DNA of 64,000 nt from Longimicrobiales bacterium (GCA_965218295.1 CBDCKN010000013.1:32001-96000), one strand, 5' to 3'; numbered from the stretch's first letter, positions 1 to 9,770 are shown. The notes: a model not told the origin generated them from the letters alone. Program-made: numbers and translations.

Positions 1-2
1 TC

Positions 3-272
3 CAGGATTTCGAGGGGGCCCTCGGCCCCATATACGACATCGAGCAACTTCTCTCCGATCCGCATGTTCAGCACAGAGAAACATTCACAACGGTGGAAGA
101 CGAAGAGCTGGGCCCCCTGCGCATGCAAAACGTCATCCCCCGGATGATGGACACGCCCGGGCGCATCAAGTGGGCGGGGCCTCCGATAGGAAAACACACC
201 GATGAAGTGCTCGGCGGGATTGGCTACTCCCCCGAAGATATCGCCCGCCTTCGCGAAGAGGGCACCATCTAG
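3..272 (+). CDS. Family III CoA-transferase (CaiB/BaiF), C-terminal part; gene begins before the window
   Basis: Manual frame-3 translation ...GPIYDIEQLLSDPHVQHRETF...PRMMDTPGRIKWAGPPIGKHTDEVL...EDIARLREEGTI* matches the typical CaiB/BaiF C-terminus. Confidence 0.85.
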   Translation, partial: QDFEGALGPIYDIEQLLSDPHVQHRETFTTVEDEELGPLRMQNVIPRMMDTPGRIKWAGPPIGKHTDEVLGGIGYSPEDIARLREEGTI

Positions 273-405
273 CAAAAGAGAGGCGACGTACCTTTCTGCT
301 GAGAAGTCAACCAGGGAATTCCGGGTTAGAGCCCGGGGGAAAGGAACGACGCCTCATGAGGAAGGATCTCGTGGGACCCGGGGCTTTATGACAGAACGTA
401 CGACC

Positions 406-2094
406 TCAGCGACGCCTTGGTTCGACAGGCTCGAAGCTGCGATAGTCGTTAGGATCGCCGCTGCCTTTGTATCTCGCCTGCAGCGGATATGGATAATGGG
501 GCCGAGTGAATTCGTACCTGTCGGGTACCGATGAATTCGCTTGAACGGAAGTCGTTCCTTCGGGTTGAACGGAAGTCATTCCTTCGGCATGGTAGCCTAC
601 GATCATATCCGGTGCCTGACCCTCTTCGACCCAGGCTTCTAGATAGCTGAGAAAGTCGCCGCTGGCCGCACCCACGCCACCAGAGCAATGCGACCGCCCC
701 GGAATCATGAACAGCCGAACAGACTCTTGGGTGCTGGCCCGTCCGCCCATGATTCTTTCCGCCATCTCATAGTAGTCGACGCTGACTCGCGGCCCGGGAA
801 GGCCGTCGTCTTCCCAGCCCTGGATGACCATCAGCTTGCCACCCGCAGCCTTCAAGTTACGCAGATCGGGATTGTTGTAGCCATTCAGAACCGCGTCCAT
901 CATCGCGGTACGCTTGTAATCGTGGTCGAAATCAAAATCGGCCGACGTCCAGCTCGGCCCCGGATCCGGATTGAAACCCATGAACCGCCACCAACTGGTC
1001 TTATACTCGAGATCCATTGGAGCCGAATCGCCCGTCGGATTCGTCCCCATAAAGAAGGTGCCCTTCTCCGAGCCGGGCGTGGCGGGGTACCAGGGGAAGT
1101 ATCTGCTGACCTTCTCGCCTTCCGACGTCACCGGCCCGCTGTAGACTTTCCTGGCCGCCTCCACCTGGACCGGCGACAGACAGCCCGATCTCTGACCCGG
1201 CTCGCAGGTCAGTTCGGCAGGATCGAATGCGCAGGTCCGGGGATCGCCACCGATGATCCCATCCTCGAGGCCATCGTCCGCATCGCATGCGGCGAGGGCC
1301 CCCTCGTGAAGCACGTCCCGATCGGCGGGCGTGAAAAGCCGATTGCCGTCCTCGTCATGAGTCACCAGGGCATTCCACAGGAGCAGGACACCCGAGGCCG
1401 TCACGCTGGATGGCTCCATGGCGAGAATGCCGTCGAAGTTCCACGGAAATCGCTGCGCTTCGACCATCCCCTGCTTGCCACCGCCGGAACAGCCAACATG
1501 ATAGGAGAACTCTGGCGCCCTGCCGTAGTAGTGTTCTGTGATGGCCTTGCCCGCCAGGGCGGCGACGTGGTGGCCGCGGATGCCGTAATCAAACTCCGCC
1601 TGGAGATTGTTGTAGGCCCACGAGGCCCTGATATTCCAACCAGTATGCCCCGTATCGTGCGAGATACAGGCATAGCCTCTCCGCAATGCCTCATCGCACC
1701 AGGGGGCCATCTGTTCCGTCGAGCCGCCATAGCCACCAAGGCTCGCCTCCAGAAAATTGCCGTTCCAGTCGGAGCTCCTTGGCAGTCGTAACACGATCCC
1801 GACATTGGGCGAGACATAACCCTCCACACGGCAATGGGCGGGCACATCGCCGGCGGCATTCACCACCCGGGTTCCCGTCACCTGCGTCGGCGCATCCTGA
1901 ATGGCCGTGAAGTCTGTCGTCGGCAGCGCCTCGCAATCGGCGACAGCAGCCGACAGGCCATCGGACCGTGCCGCCGAGCTGGGATCTGTCTCAACGGCCA
2001 GGATCGCACCGGCGCTCGGGCTGCCGGCCCCGACCCACACCGCTCCCATCGCCAGGGCCAGGCCTACCGCGAATCTGTTGAACGTGCGCTTTAT
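406..2094 (-). CDS. Secreted tannase/feruloyl esterase family alpha/beta hydrolase, copy A; the aligned start codon is ATA, so possibly impaired or starting at ATG 2049
   Basis: GCSGGG nucleophile motif, CDADDGLEDGII, GWEDD Asp, SHC His; near-identical to the adjacent copy; RBS retained. Confidence 0.9.
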   Translation of the reverse strand: MKRTFNRFAVGLALAMGAVWVGAGSPSAGAILAVETDPSSAARSDGLSAAVADCEALPTTDFTAIQDAPTQVTGTRVVNAAGDVPAHCRVEGYVSPNVGIVLRLPRSSDWNGNFLEASLGGYGGSTEQMAPWCDEALRRGYACISHDTGHTGWNIRASWAYNNLQAEFDYGIRGHHVAALAGKAITEHYYGRAPEFSYHVGCSGGGKQGMVEAQRFPWNFDGILAMEPSSVTASGVLLLWNALVTHDEDGNRLFTPADRDVLHEGALAACDADDGLEDGIIGGDPRTCAFDPAELTCEPGQRSGCLSPVQVEAARKVYSGPVTSEGEKVSRYFPWYPATPGSEKGTFFMGTNPTGDSAPMDLEYKTSWWRFMGFNPDPGPSWTSADFDFDHDYKRTAMMDAVLNGYNNPDLRNLKAAGGKLMVIQGWEDDGLPGPRVSVDYYEMAERIMGGRASTQESVRLFMIPGRSHCSGGVGAASGDFLSYLEAWVEEGQAPDMIVGYHAEGMTSVQPEGTTSVQANSSVPDRYEFTRPHYPYPLQARYKGSGDPNDYRSFEPVEPRRR

Positions 2095-2115
2095 CGTATC
2101 TTCCTTCCCTTGACC

Positions 2116-3750
2116 TCAGCGACGCCTTGGTTCGACAGGCTCGAAGCTCCGATAGTCGTTAGGATCGCCGCTGCCTCGGTATCTCGCCTGCAGCGGATAT
2201 GGATAATGAGGCCGAGTGAATTCGTACCTGTCGGGTACCGATGAATTCTCTTCAACCCAAGTCAATCCTTCGGCATGGTAGCCTATCATCATATCGGGCG
2301 CCTGACCCTCTTCGACCCAGGCTTCGAGATAGCTGAGAAAGTCGCCGCTGGCCGCACCAACGCCACTATTGCAATGCGACCGCCCCGGAATCATGAAGAG
2401 GCGATAAAATTCCTGGGTGCTGGCCCGCCCGCCCATGATTTTTTCCGCCATCTCATAGTAGTCGACGCTGACTCGCGGCCCGGGAAGGCCGGAGTCTTCC
2501 CAGCCCTGGATGACCATCAGCTTGCCACCCGCAGCCTTCAAGTTACGCAGATCGGGATTGTTGTAGCCATTCACAACCGCGTCCATCATCGCGGTACGCT
2601 TGTAATCGTGGTCGAAATCAAAATCGGCCCACGTCCAACTCGGCCCCGGATCCGGATTGAAACCCATGAACCGCCACCAACTGGTCTTATACTCGAGATC
2701 CATGGAAAAGTAGTCGCCCAGCTCCGAGCCGGGCGTGGCGGGGTACCAGGGGAAGTATCTGCTGACCTTCTCGCCTTCCGACGTCACCGGCCCGCTGTAG
2801 ACTTTCCTGGCCGCCTCCACCTGGACCGGCGACAGACAGCCCGATCTCTGACCCGGCTCGCAGGTCAGTTCGGCAGGATCGAATGCGCAGGTTCGGGGAT
2901 CACCACCGATGATCCCATCCTCGAGGCCATCGTCCGCATCGCATGCGGCGATGGCCCCCGCGTGAAGCACGTCCCGATCGGCGGGCGTGAAAAGCCGATT
3001 GCCGTCCTCGTCATGAGTCGCCCGGGAGTTCCACAGGAGCAGAACACCCGAGGCCGTCACGCTGGATGGCTCCATGGCGAGAATGCCGTCGAAGTTCCAC
3101 GGAAATCGCTGCGCTTCGACCATCCCCTGCTTGCCGCCGCCGGAACAGCCAACATGATAGGAGAACTCTGGCGCCCTGCCGTAGTAGTGTTCTGTGATGG
3201 CCTTGCCCGCCAGGGCGGCGACATGGTGACCGCGGATGCCGTAATCAAACTCCGCCTGGAGATTGTTGTAGGCCCACGAGGCCCTCATCTGCCAGCCAGT
3301 ATGCCCCGTATCGTGCGAGATACAGGCATAGCCTCTCCGCAATGCCTCGTCGCACCAGGGGGCCTGCGCCTCCGTCGAGCCGCCATAGCCGCCAAGGCTC
3401 GCCTCCAGAAAATTGCCGTTCCAGTCGGAGCTCCCCGGCAGTCGTAACACGATCCCGACATTGGGCGAGACATAGCCCTCCACACGGCAATGGGCGGGCA
3501 CATCGCCAGCAGCATCCACCACCCGGGCTTCCGTCACCTGCGCCGGCGCATCCTGAATGGTCGTGAAGTCTGTCGTCGGCAGCGCCTCGCAGTCGGCGAC
3601 AGCAGCCGACGGGCCACCGGACCGGGCCGCCTCGCTGGGATCTGTCTCAGCGGCCAGGATCGCACCGGCGCTCGCGCTGCCGGCCCCGACCCACACCGCT
3701 CCCATCGCCAGGGCCAGGCCCACCGTGAATCTCTTGAACGTGCGCTTCAT
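2116..3750 (-). CDS. Secreted tannase/feruloyl esterase family alpha/beta hydrolase, copy B
   Basis: AAGGAAG RBS then ATG, signal peptide MKRTFKRFTVGLALAMGAV, GCSGGG, WEDS and SHC motifs. Confidence 0.92.
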   Translation of the reverse strand: MKRTFKRFTVGLALAMGAVWVGAGSASAGAILAAETDPSEAARSGGPSAAVADCEALPTTDFTTIQDAPAQVTEARVVDAAGDVPAHCRVEGYVSPNVGIVLRLPGSSDWNGNFLEASLGGYGGSTEAQAPWCDEALRRGYACISHDTGHTGWQMRASWAYNNLQAEFDYGIRGHHVAALAGKAITEHYYGRAPEFSYHVGCSGGGKQGMVEAQRFPWNFDGILAMEPSSVTASGVLLLWNSRATHDEDGNRLFTPADRDVLHAGAIAACDADDGLEDGIIGGDPRTCAFDPAELTCEPGQRSGCLSPVQVEAARKVYSGPVTSEGEKVSRYFPWYPATPGSELGDYFSMDLEYKTSWWRFMGFNPDPGPSWTWADFDFDHDYKRTAMMDAVVNGYNNPDLRNLKAAGGKLMVIQGWEDSGLPGPRVSVDYYEMAEKIMGGRASTQEFYRLFMIPGRSHCNSGVGAASGDFLSYLEAWVEEGQAPDMMIGYHAEGLTWVEENSSVPDRYEFTRPHYPYPLQARYRGSGDPNDYRSFEPVEPRRR

Positions 3751-3831
3751 CGTATCTTCCTTTCTTGCGAGTAACGTCACGTCGCAAGGTGCTCGCCGGC
3801 CTGACAGCGCTCGTGAAAGCACGAGACAAAC

Positions 3832-3928
3832 GTGACCACGGCCCTCCTCTACGGCTGCTCCATCACTGCCATGTAACATCAAAGGCCGGTCCTACCGGCT
3901 GAAGGAGCTCGAGAAGCTCATCCGCTGA
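3832..3928 (+). pseudogene. Degenerate IS21-family IstB ATPase C-terminal fragment
   Basis: With two frameshifts it reads VTTALL.RLLHHCHV.NIKGRSYRLKELEKLIR*, the IstB C-terminal signature. Confidence 0.7.
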
Positions 3929-4000
3929 ACCTCGACGCGGTGCGACTCACTCCCGCGCACAGCTTGGGGGTCGTCCGCTATCGTAAGCTCCGAATGTGAA

Positions 4001-4381
4001 GCTCACAACCAGTGGGCCAGCGGCGCCGTTCGTTCCCGAGGCCACTTCTGAAGGAGAGCCCTGAACCATGACTCAGGAAGAGATTACGATGGTCAAGGCC
4101 GGGGCTGGACAGGTCGCGGATGTCAGAGAACGCGATGTGGGCGAGCTCGGTGATTACCTGATCCTGCGTGATGCCCGTGCGCTGCGCCCAGGCACCTCGG
4201 CATGTACGTAGAGCGCCACGAGGTGAGCGGCAGGGACGGTGCACCCATCGTGGTCACCATCGACATAGCTCCGCGGCCTCGGTTCCTGACGGATTTGCCA
4301 CGAACCTTGCCACGACGCTCCCGCTCAGGACTCCTGAGTCGAGGGCGCTTCACATCGTAAGTCGTTGGCTCACAACCAGTG
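4001..4381. mobile_element. Collapsed integrative element/prophage scar at the tRNA-Leu 3' end
   Basis: 14-bp direct repeat GCTCACAACCAGTG at 4001-4014 and 4368-4381 (the second overlaps the tRNA 3' end); tandem TTGCCACGA at 4295-4303 and 4307-4315; terminase fragment inside. Confidence 0.55.
4110..4187 (-). pseudogene. Phage terminase small subunit fragment
   Basis: AQRTGITQDQVITELAHIAFSDIRDL resembles the TerS helix RTxIT.DxVL.EL.xIAF.DI.D. Confidence 0.55.
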
Positions 4382-4463
4382 CCGGGAGGGGGATTCGAAC
4401 CCCCAAGGGCCGAAGCCCGCCGGATTTTGAGTCCGGTGCGTCTACCAATTCCACCATCCCGGC
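4380..4463 (-). tRNA. tRNA-Leu(CAA)
   Basis: GCCGGGA/TCCCGGC acceptor stem, anticodon arm CCGGA-CTCAAAA-TCCGG, long variable arm, GTTCGAATC T-loop, A73; CCA not encoded. Confidence 0.96.
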
Positions 4464-4797
4464 CGGGCCCTATTCTACACGCCAGCGCGACCTCCCCCAA
4501 GGTCTTCGTTGATCGTCCCACCGCACCGGAAGCGTCTACCCTATGGTGACGCGCCCTCACACGCAGCAGGAGTCCCCCCACTTATCGGTCCTACTGGGGT
4601 CTACATATGTGAAAGCGACCCTCCGTCGGCCCTCGGGGCCCTGTGGGGATATTTCCCCCTCCGGACGTCTGATTCCCAACTCGTCCAGCTTTCGGGACAG
4701 GTGTTCCCGCATTCGAACACTCTCGCGCCGCTCAGCCGCCGCGCCGAATCACGGCAAAACGGTTGTCCGTAAATCACTCATGTGGCAGTGCCAATCT

Positions 4798-4813
4798 TGG
4801 CACGGACCTTGTT
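4798..4813 (+). promoter_or_regulatory. Putative sigma54 (-24/-12) promoter
   Basis: TGGCACG-GACC-TTGT versus consensus TGGCACG-N4-TTGC; palindrome GTGTTC-N8-GAACAC at 4701-4720 lies at enhancer distance. Confidence 0.55.
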
Positions 4814-4822
4814 GTAGAAGCG

Positions 4823-4998
4823 GACGTCGGACGGAGGAAACGAAGTCCGACCGGAAAATGGTGAATGTGATGATGAGGGGGGGCGGCTGAGGAGCCTGCG
4901 TGGATGATGTGCGAATAAGGATGATATGCGGATAATGGGAATTGGCTCGACGCCGTATAAAGCTCGGCAGGGATCGCCCCCCCTGCCGAGCTTTTTTT
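4823..4998 (+). ncRNA. Candidate ~175-nt GGA-rich small RNA
   Basis: Bounded by a sigma54-like promoter and a strong terminator; about 10 GGA triplets; hairpin GTCGGAC/GTCCGAC with GGAGGA in the loop; no credible ORF. Confidence 0.5.
4959..4998 (+). terminator. Rho-independent terminator
   Basis: AAAGCTCGGCAGGG/CCCTGCCGAGCTTT stem followed by a T run. Confidence 0.85.
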
Positions 4999-5076
4999 GC
5001 ACCCCTACGAAGGATGGGGTAGTCTCCCACCACCACCCATGACCTCATTCCCATAGACTCCACTCCGACGCCGCGC

Positions 5077-6070
5077 GTGAGCCCCGCCCTCGTCGCGCCC
5101 GACACCGGGCCCCCGGAGTCGACTTCCTCCCCGACTCTCGTCGTGCTGGCGGCCGGCTTGTCCACACGGTATGGAGCCGTGAAGCCACTCGCGTCCGTCG
5201 GCCCGCAAGGGGAAGCCCTCATCGACTACGCCCTCTACGATGCCGCCCGCTCAGGATACGGTGACGCGATCCTGGTGGTGCGCCGGGAGATCGAGGCCGA
5301 AGTGTCACGGCATGTCGAGGAGCTCACCGCGGGCTCTTGGCCCTGCCGATTCGTTTGCCCAGCGCACGGACGACCTCCCCGACGGTGTCGCGTTGGCTGG
5401 AGGCCGTACGAAGCCCTGGGGGACCGGCCACGCTGTATGGACCGTGCGACATGCCGTCCGGGGGCCGCTCGCCGTGGTGAACGCCGATGACTTCTACGGG
5501 CGGGCCGCCCTACAAGCGCTGGCCGAGCGTCTGCTCGTTGGGGGCGCCCGGGAGAACCGGGGACCGCAAGACTATGTGGCGATCACCTATCGGCTGGCCG
5601 ACACCGTCTCCGATACCGCTCGGGTCTCGAGGGCCATCCTCCAGGTCGACGCCGACCATCAGGTCCGGGAGATCCGTGAGGTGCTTCGGGTCCACCGCAC
5701 ATCGGCGGGGATCGTCGGTGAGACCCCCGACGGCGTGGTGCTGTCCTTCTCCGGCGATGAGCCGTCCTCCATGGGCATCTGAGGTTTCAAGCCCAGCGTC
5801 TTCCCCCTTCTCGAGGGCAGCTTCCGCACCTTCCTCGGAGAGCTCACCACCGGAGGCTCGGGCGAGTTCTATCTGAGCGACACTTTGAACGGACTCCTCG
5901 CTTCCGGAGACGTCCGGGTCAAAGCCGTCGAGTCGGGTGCATCGGGATTCGGCGTGACCTTTCCCGACGATCGATCGGAGGTTCGAGCCCGCATCGATAG
6001 GCTCGTTGCCGAAGGCCACTATCCGGCAGATCTTCGGAGCGCATTCCGATCGTTGACGGACCCGAGTTGA
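5077..6070 (+). pseudogene. Sugar-phosphate nucleotidyltransferase, disrupted by a frameshift (~5355) and a nonsense codon (5780-5782)
   Basis: LAAGLSTRYG in one frame; KPWGTGHAV and NADDFYG in the next; SMGI*GF where the family has W; EFYL and FGVTFPDD downstream. Confidence 0.85.
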
Positions 6071-6104
6071 CGGACCCGAGTGGACCTTCAGGAACAGAGC
6101 CCTG

Positions 6105-7892
6105 ATGCAGCTTTCGACATTGGATTGGTGGGTCCTGGCCCTCTACGCCGTGACGGCCCTCTCCGTGGGGCTGGCGTTCGCCCGTCGGGCCGGACGCGGC
6201 ACCGAAGAGTACTTCCTCGCCGGCCGGTCCATGCCGTGGTGGCTTCTCGGGACCTCCATGGTGGCCACCACATTCTCGACGGACACGCCCAACCTCGTCA
6301 CCGACCTCGTGCGCACGGGGGGAGTCAGCCAGAACTGGATCTGGTGGGCCTTCCTGATCACCGGGATGTGCACGGTGTTCTTCTACGCCAAGCTATGGCG
6401 GCGCTCGGGCGTCCTCACCGACATCGGGTTCTACGAGCTGCGCTATGCCGGGCGGCCCGCCGCCTTCCTCCGCGGGTTCCGGGCCATCTACCTGGGCGTC
6501 TTCTTCAACGTCATGATCATGGCCACAGTGACCCTGGCGGCCATCAAGATCGGTGGTGTGCTCCTGGGGGCGGACAAGTACACGGTAGTGCTCATCGCCG
6601 GAACGGCGACGGTTCTCTACTCGGCCACTTCCGGGCTTTGGGGGGTCCTGGTCACGGACCTGCTGCTCTTCGCCATCTCCATGATCGGCGCCGTGGCCGC
6701 GGCGTTCTACGCGCTACGGCTTCCCGAGGTGGGTGGGCTCTCCGGCCTCATTTCCAACCCGGCCGTCGCCGGCAAGCTGTCCTTCCTCCCGGACTTCTCG
6801 GATCCCTCCACCGCCGCCGCAGTCTTCATCGTGCCTATCGCAGTTCAGTGGTGGAGTACCTGGTACCCCGGCGCAGAGCCCGGTGGCGGGGGTTATGCCG
6901 CCCAACGCATGCTCGCGGCCAAAGACGAGAAGCACGCCATGCAAGCCACACTCTGGTTCAACCTGGCCCACTACGCCCTGAGGCCGTGGCCTTGGATCCT
7001 GGTGGCCCTCGCGTCGCTCATCGTCTACCCGACCCTCGGCGACCTTCAGGCAGCCTTCCCGCACGTGGATCCGTCGGTTATCCGGAACGACCTCGCCTAT
7101 CCCGCTATGCTGGTCTTTCTTCCTCACGGGCTCCTGGGTCTTGTAGTGGCTTCGCTGGCCGCCGCCTACATGTCAACGATCAGCACTCACCTCAACTGGG
7201 GAGCGTCGTACATCGTAGACGACGTATACCGCCGCTTCGTGGCCCCGGACCGTGAGGAAAAGGACTACGTTCGCGTCGCGAGGCTCTCCACCGTCGGGCT
7301 GATCATCCTCTCGTCCTTCGTAGCTCTGCAGCTCGAGAACGCCATGCAGGCCTTCCAGATCCTCCTGCAGATCGGAGCCGGGACGGGCCTGGTATTCCTC
7401 CTCCGTTGGTTCTGGTGGCGGGTGAACACCTGGAGTGAGATCTCCGCCATGGTGATATCGTTCCTGGTCGCCCTCTACTTCGCGTTCGTCCACACGCGCT
7501 TGGGGTTCGAGGCGTGGGATCCTTCGACTACCCTGGTCCTGGGCGTGGCGATCACCACGGTCGGGTGGCTGGCCATTACGTTCATGACCCCCCCGGTGGA
7601 TGCCGATACCCTGCGCACCTTCCACGGGAGCATCCGTCCCCTTGGCCGAGGCTGGGACGCCGTCGTTGGAGATGACGAATCCGCTGACGAAGCCCTATTG
7701 GGGACGGAGGGAGAGCTCACCGCCGGCCTCCTCTCGTGGTTCCTGGGGTGCACCATGGTGTACGGAGCCTTGTTCGGAACCGGCTTCCTGCTCTACGGCC
7801 AGCTTGTGCCCGGCGCCGTGGGACTCGTCGTGGCGGTCGCAGCGGGCTGGGGAGTCTTCAGGATCCTCCCGCGGGTGGGCTTCCTCACGTAG
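6105..7892 (+). CDS. Sodium:solute symporter family transporter (probably sugar)
   Basis: YFLAGRSMPWW, many TM helices, GYAAQRMLAAKDE, AAYMST motifs. Confidence 0.92.
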   Translation: MQLSTLDWWVLALYAVTALSVGLAFARRAGRGTEEYFLAGRSMPWWLLGTSMVATTFSTDTPNLVTDLVRTGGVSQNWIWWAFLITGMCTVFFYAKLWRRSGVLTDIGFYELRYAGRPAAFLRGFRAIYLGVFFNVMIMATVTLAAIKIGGVLLGADKYTVVLIAGTATVLYSATSGLWGVLVTDLLLFAISMIGAVAAAFYALRLPEVGGLSGLISNPAVAGKLSFLPDFSDPSTAAAVFIVPIAVQWWSTWYPGAEPGGGGYAAQRMLAAKDEKHAMQATLWFNLAHYALRPWPWILVALASLIVYPTLGDLQAAFPHVDPSVIRNDLAYPAMLVFLPHGLLGLVVASLAAAYMSTISTHLNWGASYIVDDVYRRFVAPDREEKDYVRVARLSTVGLIILSSFVALQLENAMQAFQILLQIGAGTGLVFLLRWFWWRVNTWSEISAMVISFLVALYFAFVHTRLGFEAWDPSTTLVLGVAITTVGWLAITFMTPPVDADTLRTFHGSIRPLGRGWDAVVGDDESADEALLGTEGELTAGLLSWFLGCTMVYGALFGTGFLLYGQLVPGAVGLVVAVAAGWGVFRILPRVGFLT

Positions 7893-7948
7893 TCCTATCC
7901 AGTCGTAGTCCCGTCCAGTCGTAGTCCTATCCAGTCGTAGTCCCATCC
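7888..7948. repeat. 16-bp tandem repeat (CGTAGTCCYRTCCAGT, ~3.8 copies) starting over the symporter stop codon
   Basis: Units at 7888, 7904, 7920 and 7936. Confidence 0.9.
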
Positions 7949-8201
7949 GACCATGGACGGATTCTGAGCCTCACGATCGTCGAGATCCGAGACCCCCCTG
8001 TAGAACGCATCTGACGACGCCTGGCTTTCGGTCTGCCCGGTGACCTCGACTCCGGGACACTTCCGGCGTCCCCCACCCCCTCCGTGGCCCGCCCAGAAGC
8101 CAACCAGGGCCTCGAGAAACCCCCTCTTATCTTTCAAGCACGCCGAACACTCCTGTATCCCAAACCACCGCCGCCTGCTAACCCCGTCCAAGGAGCCGCC
8201 C

Positions 8202-9770
8202 ATGGTCCCCCCTGCTCTCGCTGCCGTCACTCCCAGCGACTCCGGCCCCACGCTCGCCGTCGTAGCCGGCACGTCAACCCAAAACCTCGAGCGCCTGGGC
8301 GACAAGATCGCCGAGCTGGCCGCACACCTGGATGCGGCCACCTACCGCCTCTTGGTGCTGATCCGTGAGTTCGACGCGAAAGAAGGATGGCACTCGGGCT
8401 TCCGAACGTGCGCCCACTGGCTGAGCTGGCGTACCGGGATCGACATCGGAGCCGCCCGTGAGAAGGTGAGGGTGGCCCGGGCCTTGGAGCATCTACCCCT
8501 GCTGAGCGAAGTGATGCGGCTTGGAGAGCTCTCCTACTCGAAGGCTCGCGCTCTCACGCGCGTCGCCACGGCCGAGAACGAAGAGGAGTTGATGGGCTTC
8601 GCCCAGCACGCAACGGCATCGTATGTGGAAGCACTCGTGAGGACGTGGCGCCGCGTGGACCGCCTGGAGGAGCAATGCCAGGAGCGGGAGCGGCATCGGT
8701 CTCGCTTCCTCAGTGTCCGTCCCGATGTGGACGGCATGTATGTCGTCCGTGGACGGCTGGATCCCGAGGTCGGTGCGCTGTTGACGCGGGCCCTCGAGGC
8801 TGCAGGGGATGAACTCTACCGCAGGGCTGCGGAGGATAAAGTCTACCGGAGGCCTGCGGAGGATGACCCCGTGGGCGATCCCCAGATCACCGGGGATGGG
8901 GTGGCCGTGGACACGGTGGAAGGGCCCGTGGCAGCGGAGGTCCGATCTGAGGTCCCATCCGAGGAGACCACGCCGGGGCAGCGCCGGGCCGATGCGATCG
9001 GCCTCCTCGCCGAGTGTGCACTGCAGGGCGGTCTGATGGACATCGAGTGGGAGCGCGGCGACGGACCCGAGCGCGGCGACGGACGCGAGCGCGGCAACGG
9101 ACGCAAGCGCGGCAACGGACGGGCTATCGCCACGGTCAGCCGGGCAGACCGCTTTCAGGTGGTTCTTCACGTAAATGCCCAGTCGCTACTTGGCGATTCA
9201 GAGACCCTCGAGGAGGGCCCCGTGGCGCATGAATCCGAGCTGGAGGACGGTCTTCGCGTTTCCGCGGAAACGTCGAGGCGTCTGGCCTGCGACGCGAGCC
9301 GCGTAGTCATGACTCACGGCATCGACGGAACGGTTCTCGATGTCGGAAGGAAGACGCGAACGGTCCCACCCGCCCTTCGGAGGGCGCTCGACCGCAGGGA
9401 CAAGGGATACCGCTTTCCAGGCTGCGGCCTCAGGTTCTCGGACGCCCATCACATCGAACACTGGGCCGATGGCGGAGAAACCAGGTTGGACAACCTTGTT
9501 CTTCTGTGCCGTCTACATCATCGGGCGGTGCATGAGGAGGGCTTCGGGGTGGCCTTCACGGACAACGGCCGGGTCCACTTCCGTTGGCCTGACGGACAGG
9601 CATTCCCCGACGCTCCGCAGGCACCGCGGCTTCCGAGAGAGCCTGTTGCGGCTCTCGAGTCCGAGCACGAGAGGATGGAGCTCGGTATCGATCCCTGGAC
9701 ACCGACGTCTCTGTGGCGGGGAGAGTCCCTCGACCTGGGCCTGGCGATCGAGATGTTCCGAAATGGGTGA
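8202..9770 (+). CDS. DUF222 + HNH endonuclease protein (13E12/Rv1128c-like)
   Basis: AHWLSWRTG, LSYSKARALTRVAT, QRRADA, RRLACDA, LDVGRKTR, RD.G.RFPGC...DAHHI.HW.DGG.T.LDNLVLLC..HH..VHE. Confidence 0.9.
   Translation: MVPPALAAVTPSDSGPTLAVVAGTSTQNLERLGDKIAELAAHLDAATYRLLVLIREFDAKEGWHSGFRTCAHWLSWRTGIDIGAAREKVRVARALEHLPLLSEVMRLGELSYSKARALTRVATAENEEELMGFAQHATASYVEALVRTWRRVDRLEEQCQERERHRSRFLSVRPDVDGMYVVRGRLDPEVGALLTRALEAAGDELYRRAAEDKVYRRPAEDDPVGDPQITGDGVAVDTVEGPVAAEVRSEVPSEETTPGQRRADAIGLLAECALQGGLMDIEWERGDGPERGDGRERGNGRKRGNGRAIATVSRADRFQVVLHVNAQSLLGDSETLEEGPVAHESELEDGLRVSAETSRRLACDASRVVMTHGIDGTVLDVGRKTRTVPPALRRALDRRDKGYRFPGCGLRFSDAHHIEHWADGGETRLDNLVLLCRLHHRAVHEEGFGVAFTDNGRVHFRWPDGQAFPDAPQAPRLPREPVAALESEHERMELGIDPWTPTSLWRGESLDLGLAIEMFRNG

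Noticed and set aside
688..3447. Long plus-strand ORFs opposite the esterases, and similar ones such as 43436-45448, 58199-59719 and 17947-19281
   Set aside because: Antisense shadows of well-supported genes in high-GC DNA; no motifs or RBS
4788..4803. Divergent second sigma54 promoter from the GTGCCAA-TC-TTGGCAC palindrome
   Set aside because: The minus-strand TGGCAC lacks a TTGC-like -12 element at the right spacing
5780..5782. In-frame TGA as selenocysteine or an alternative genetic code
   Set aside because: Trp position, the gene is also frameshifted, and TGA is a normal stop in many ATGA/GTGA overlaps
7888..7948. CRISPR array
   Set aside because: Contiguous 16-bp units without spacers; no cas genes in the window
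8140..8160. LexA box upstream of DUF222-HNH
   Set aside because: Only a CGAAC half site; no matching second half
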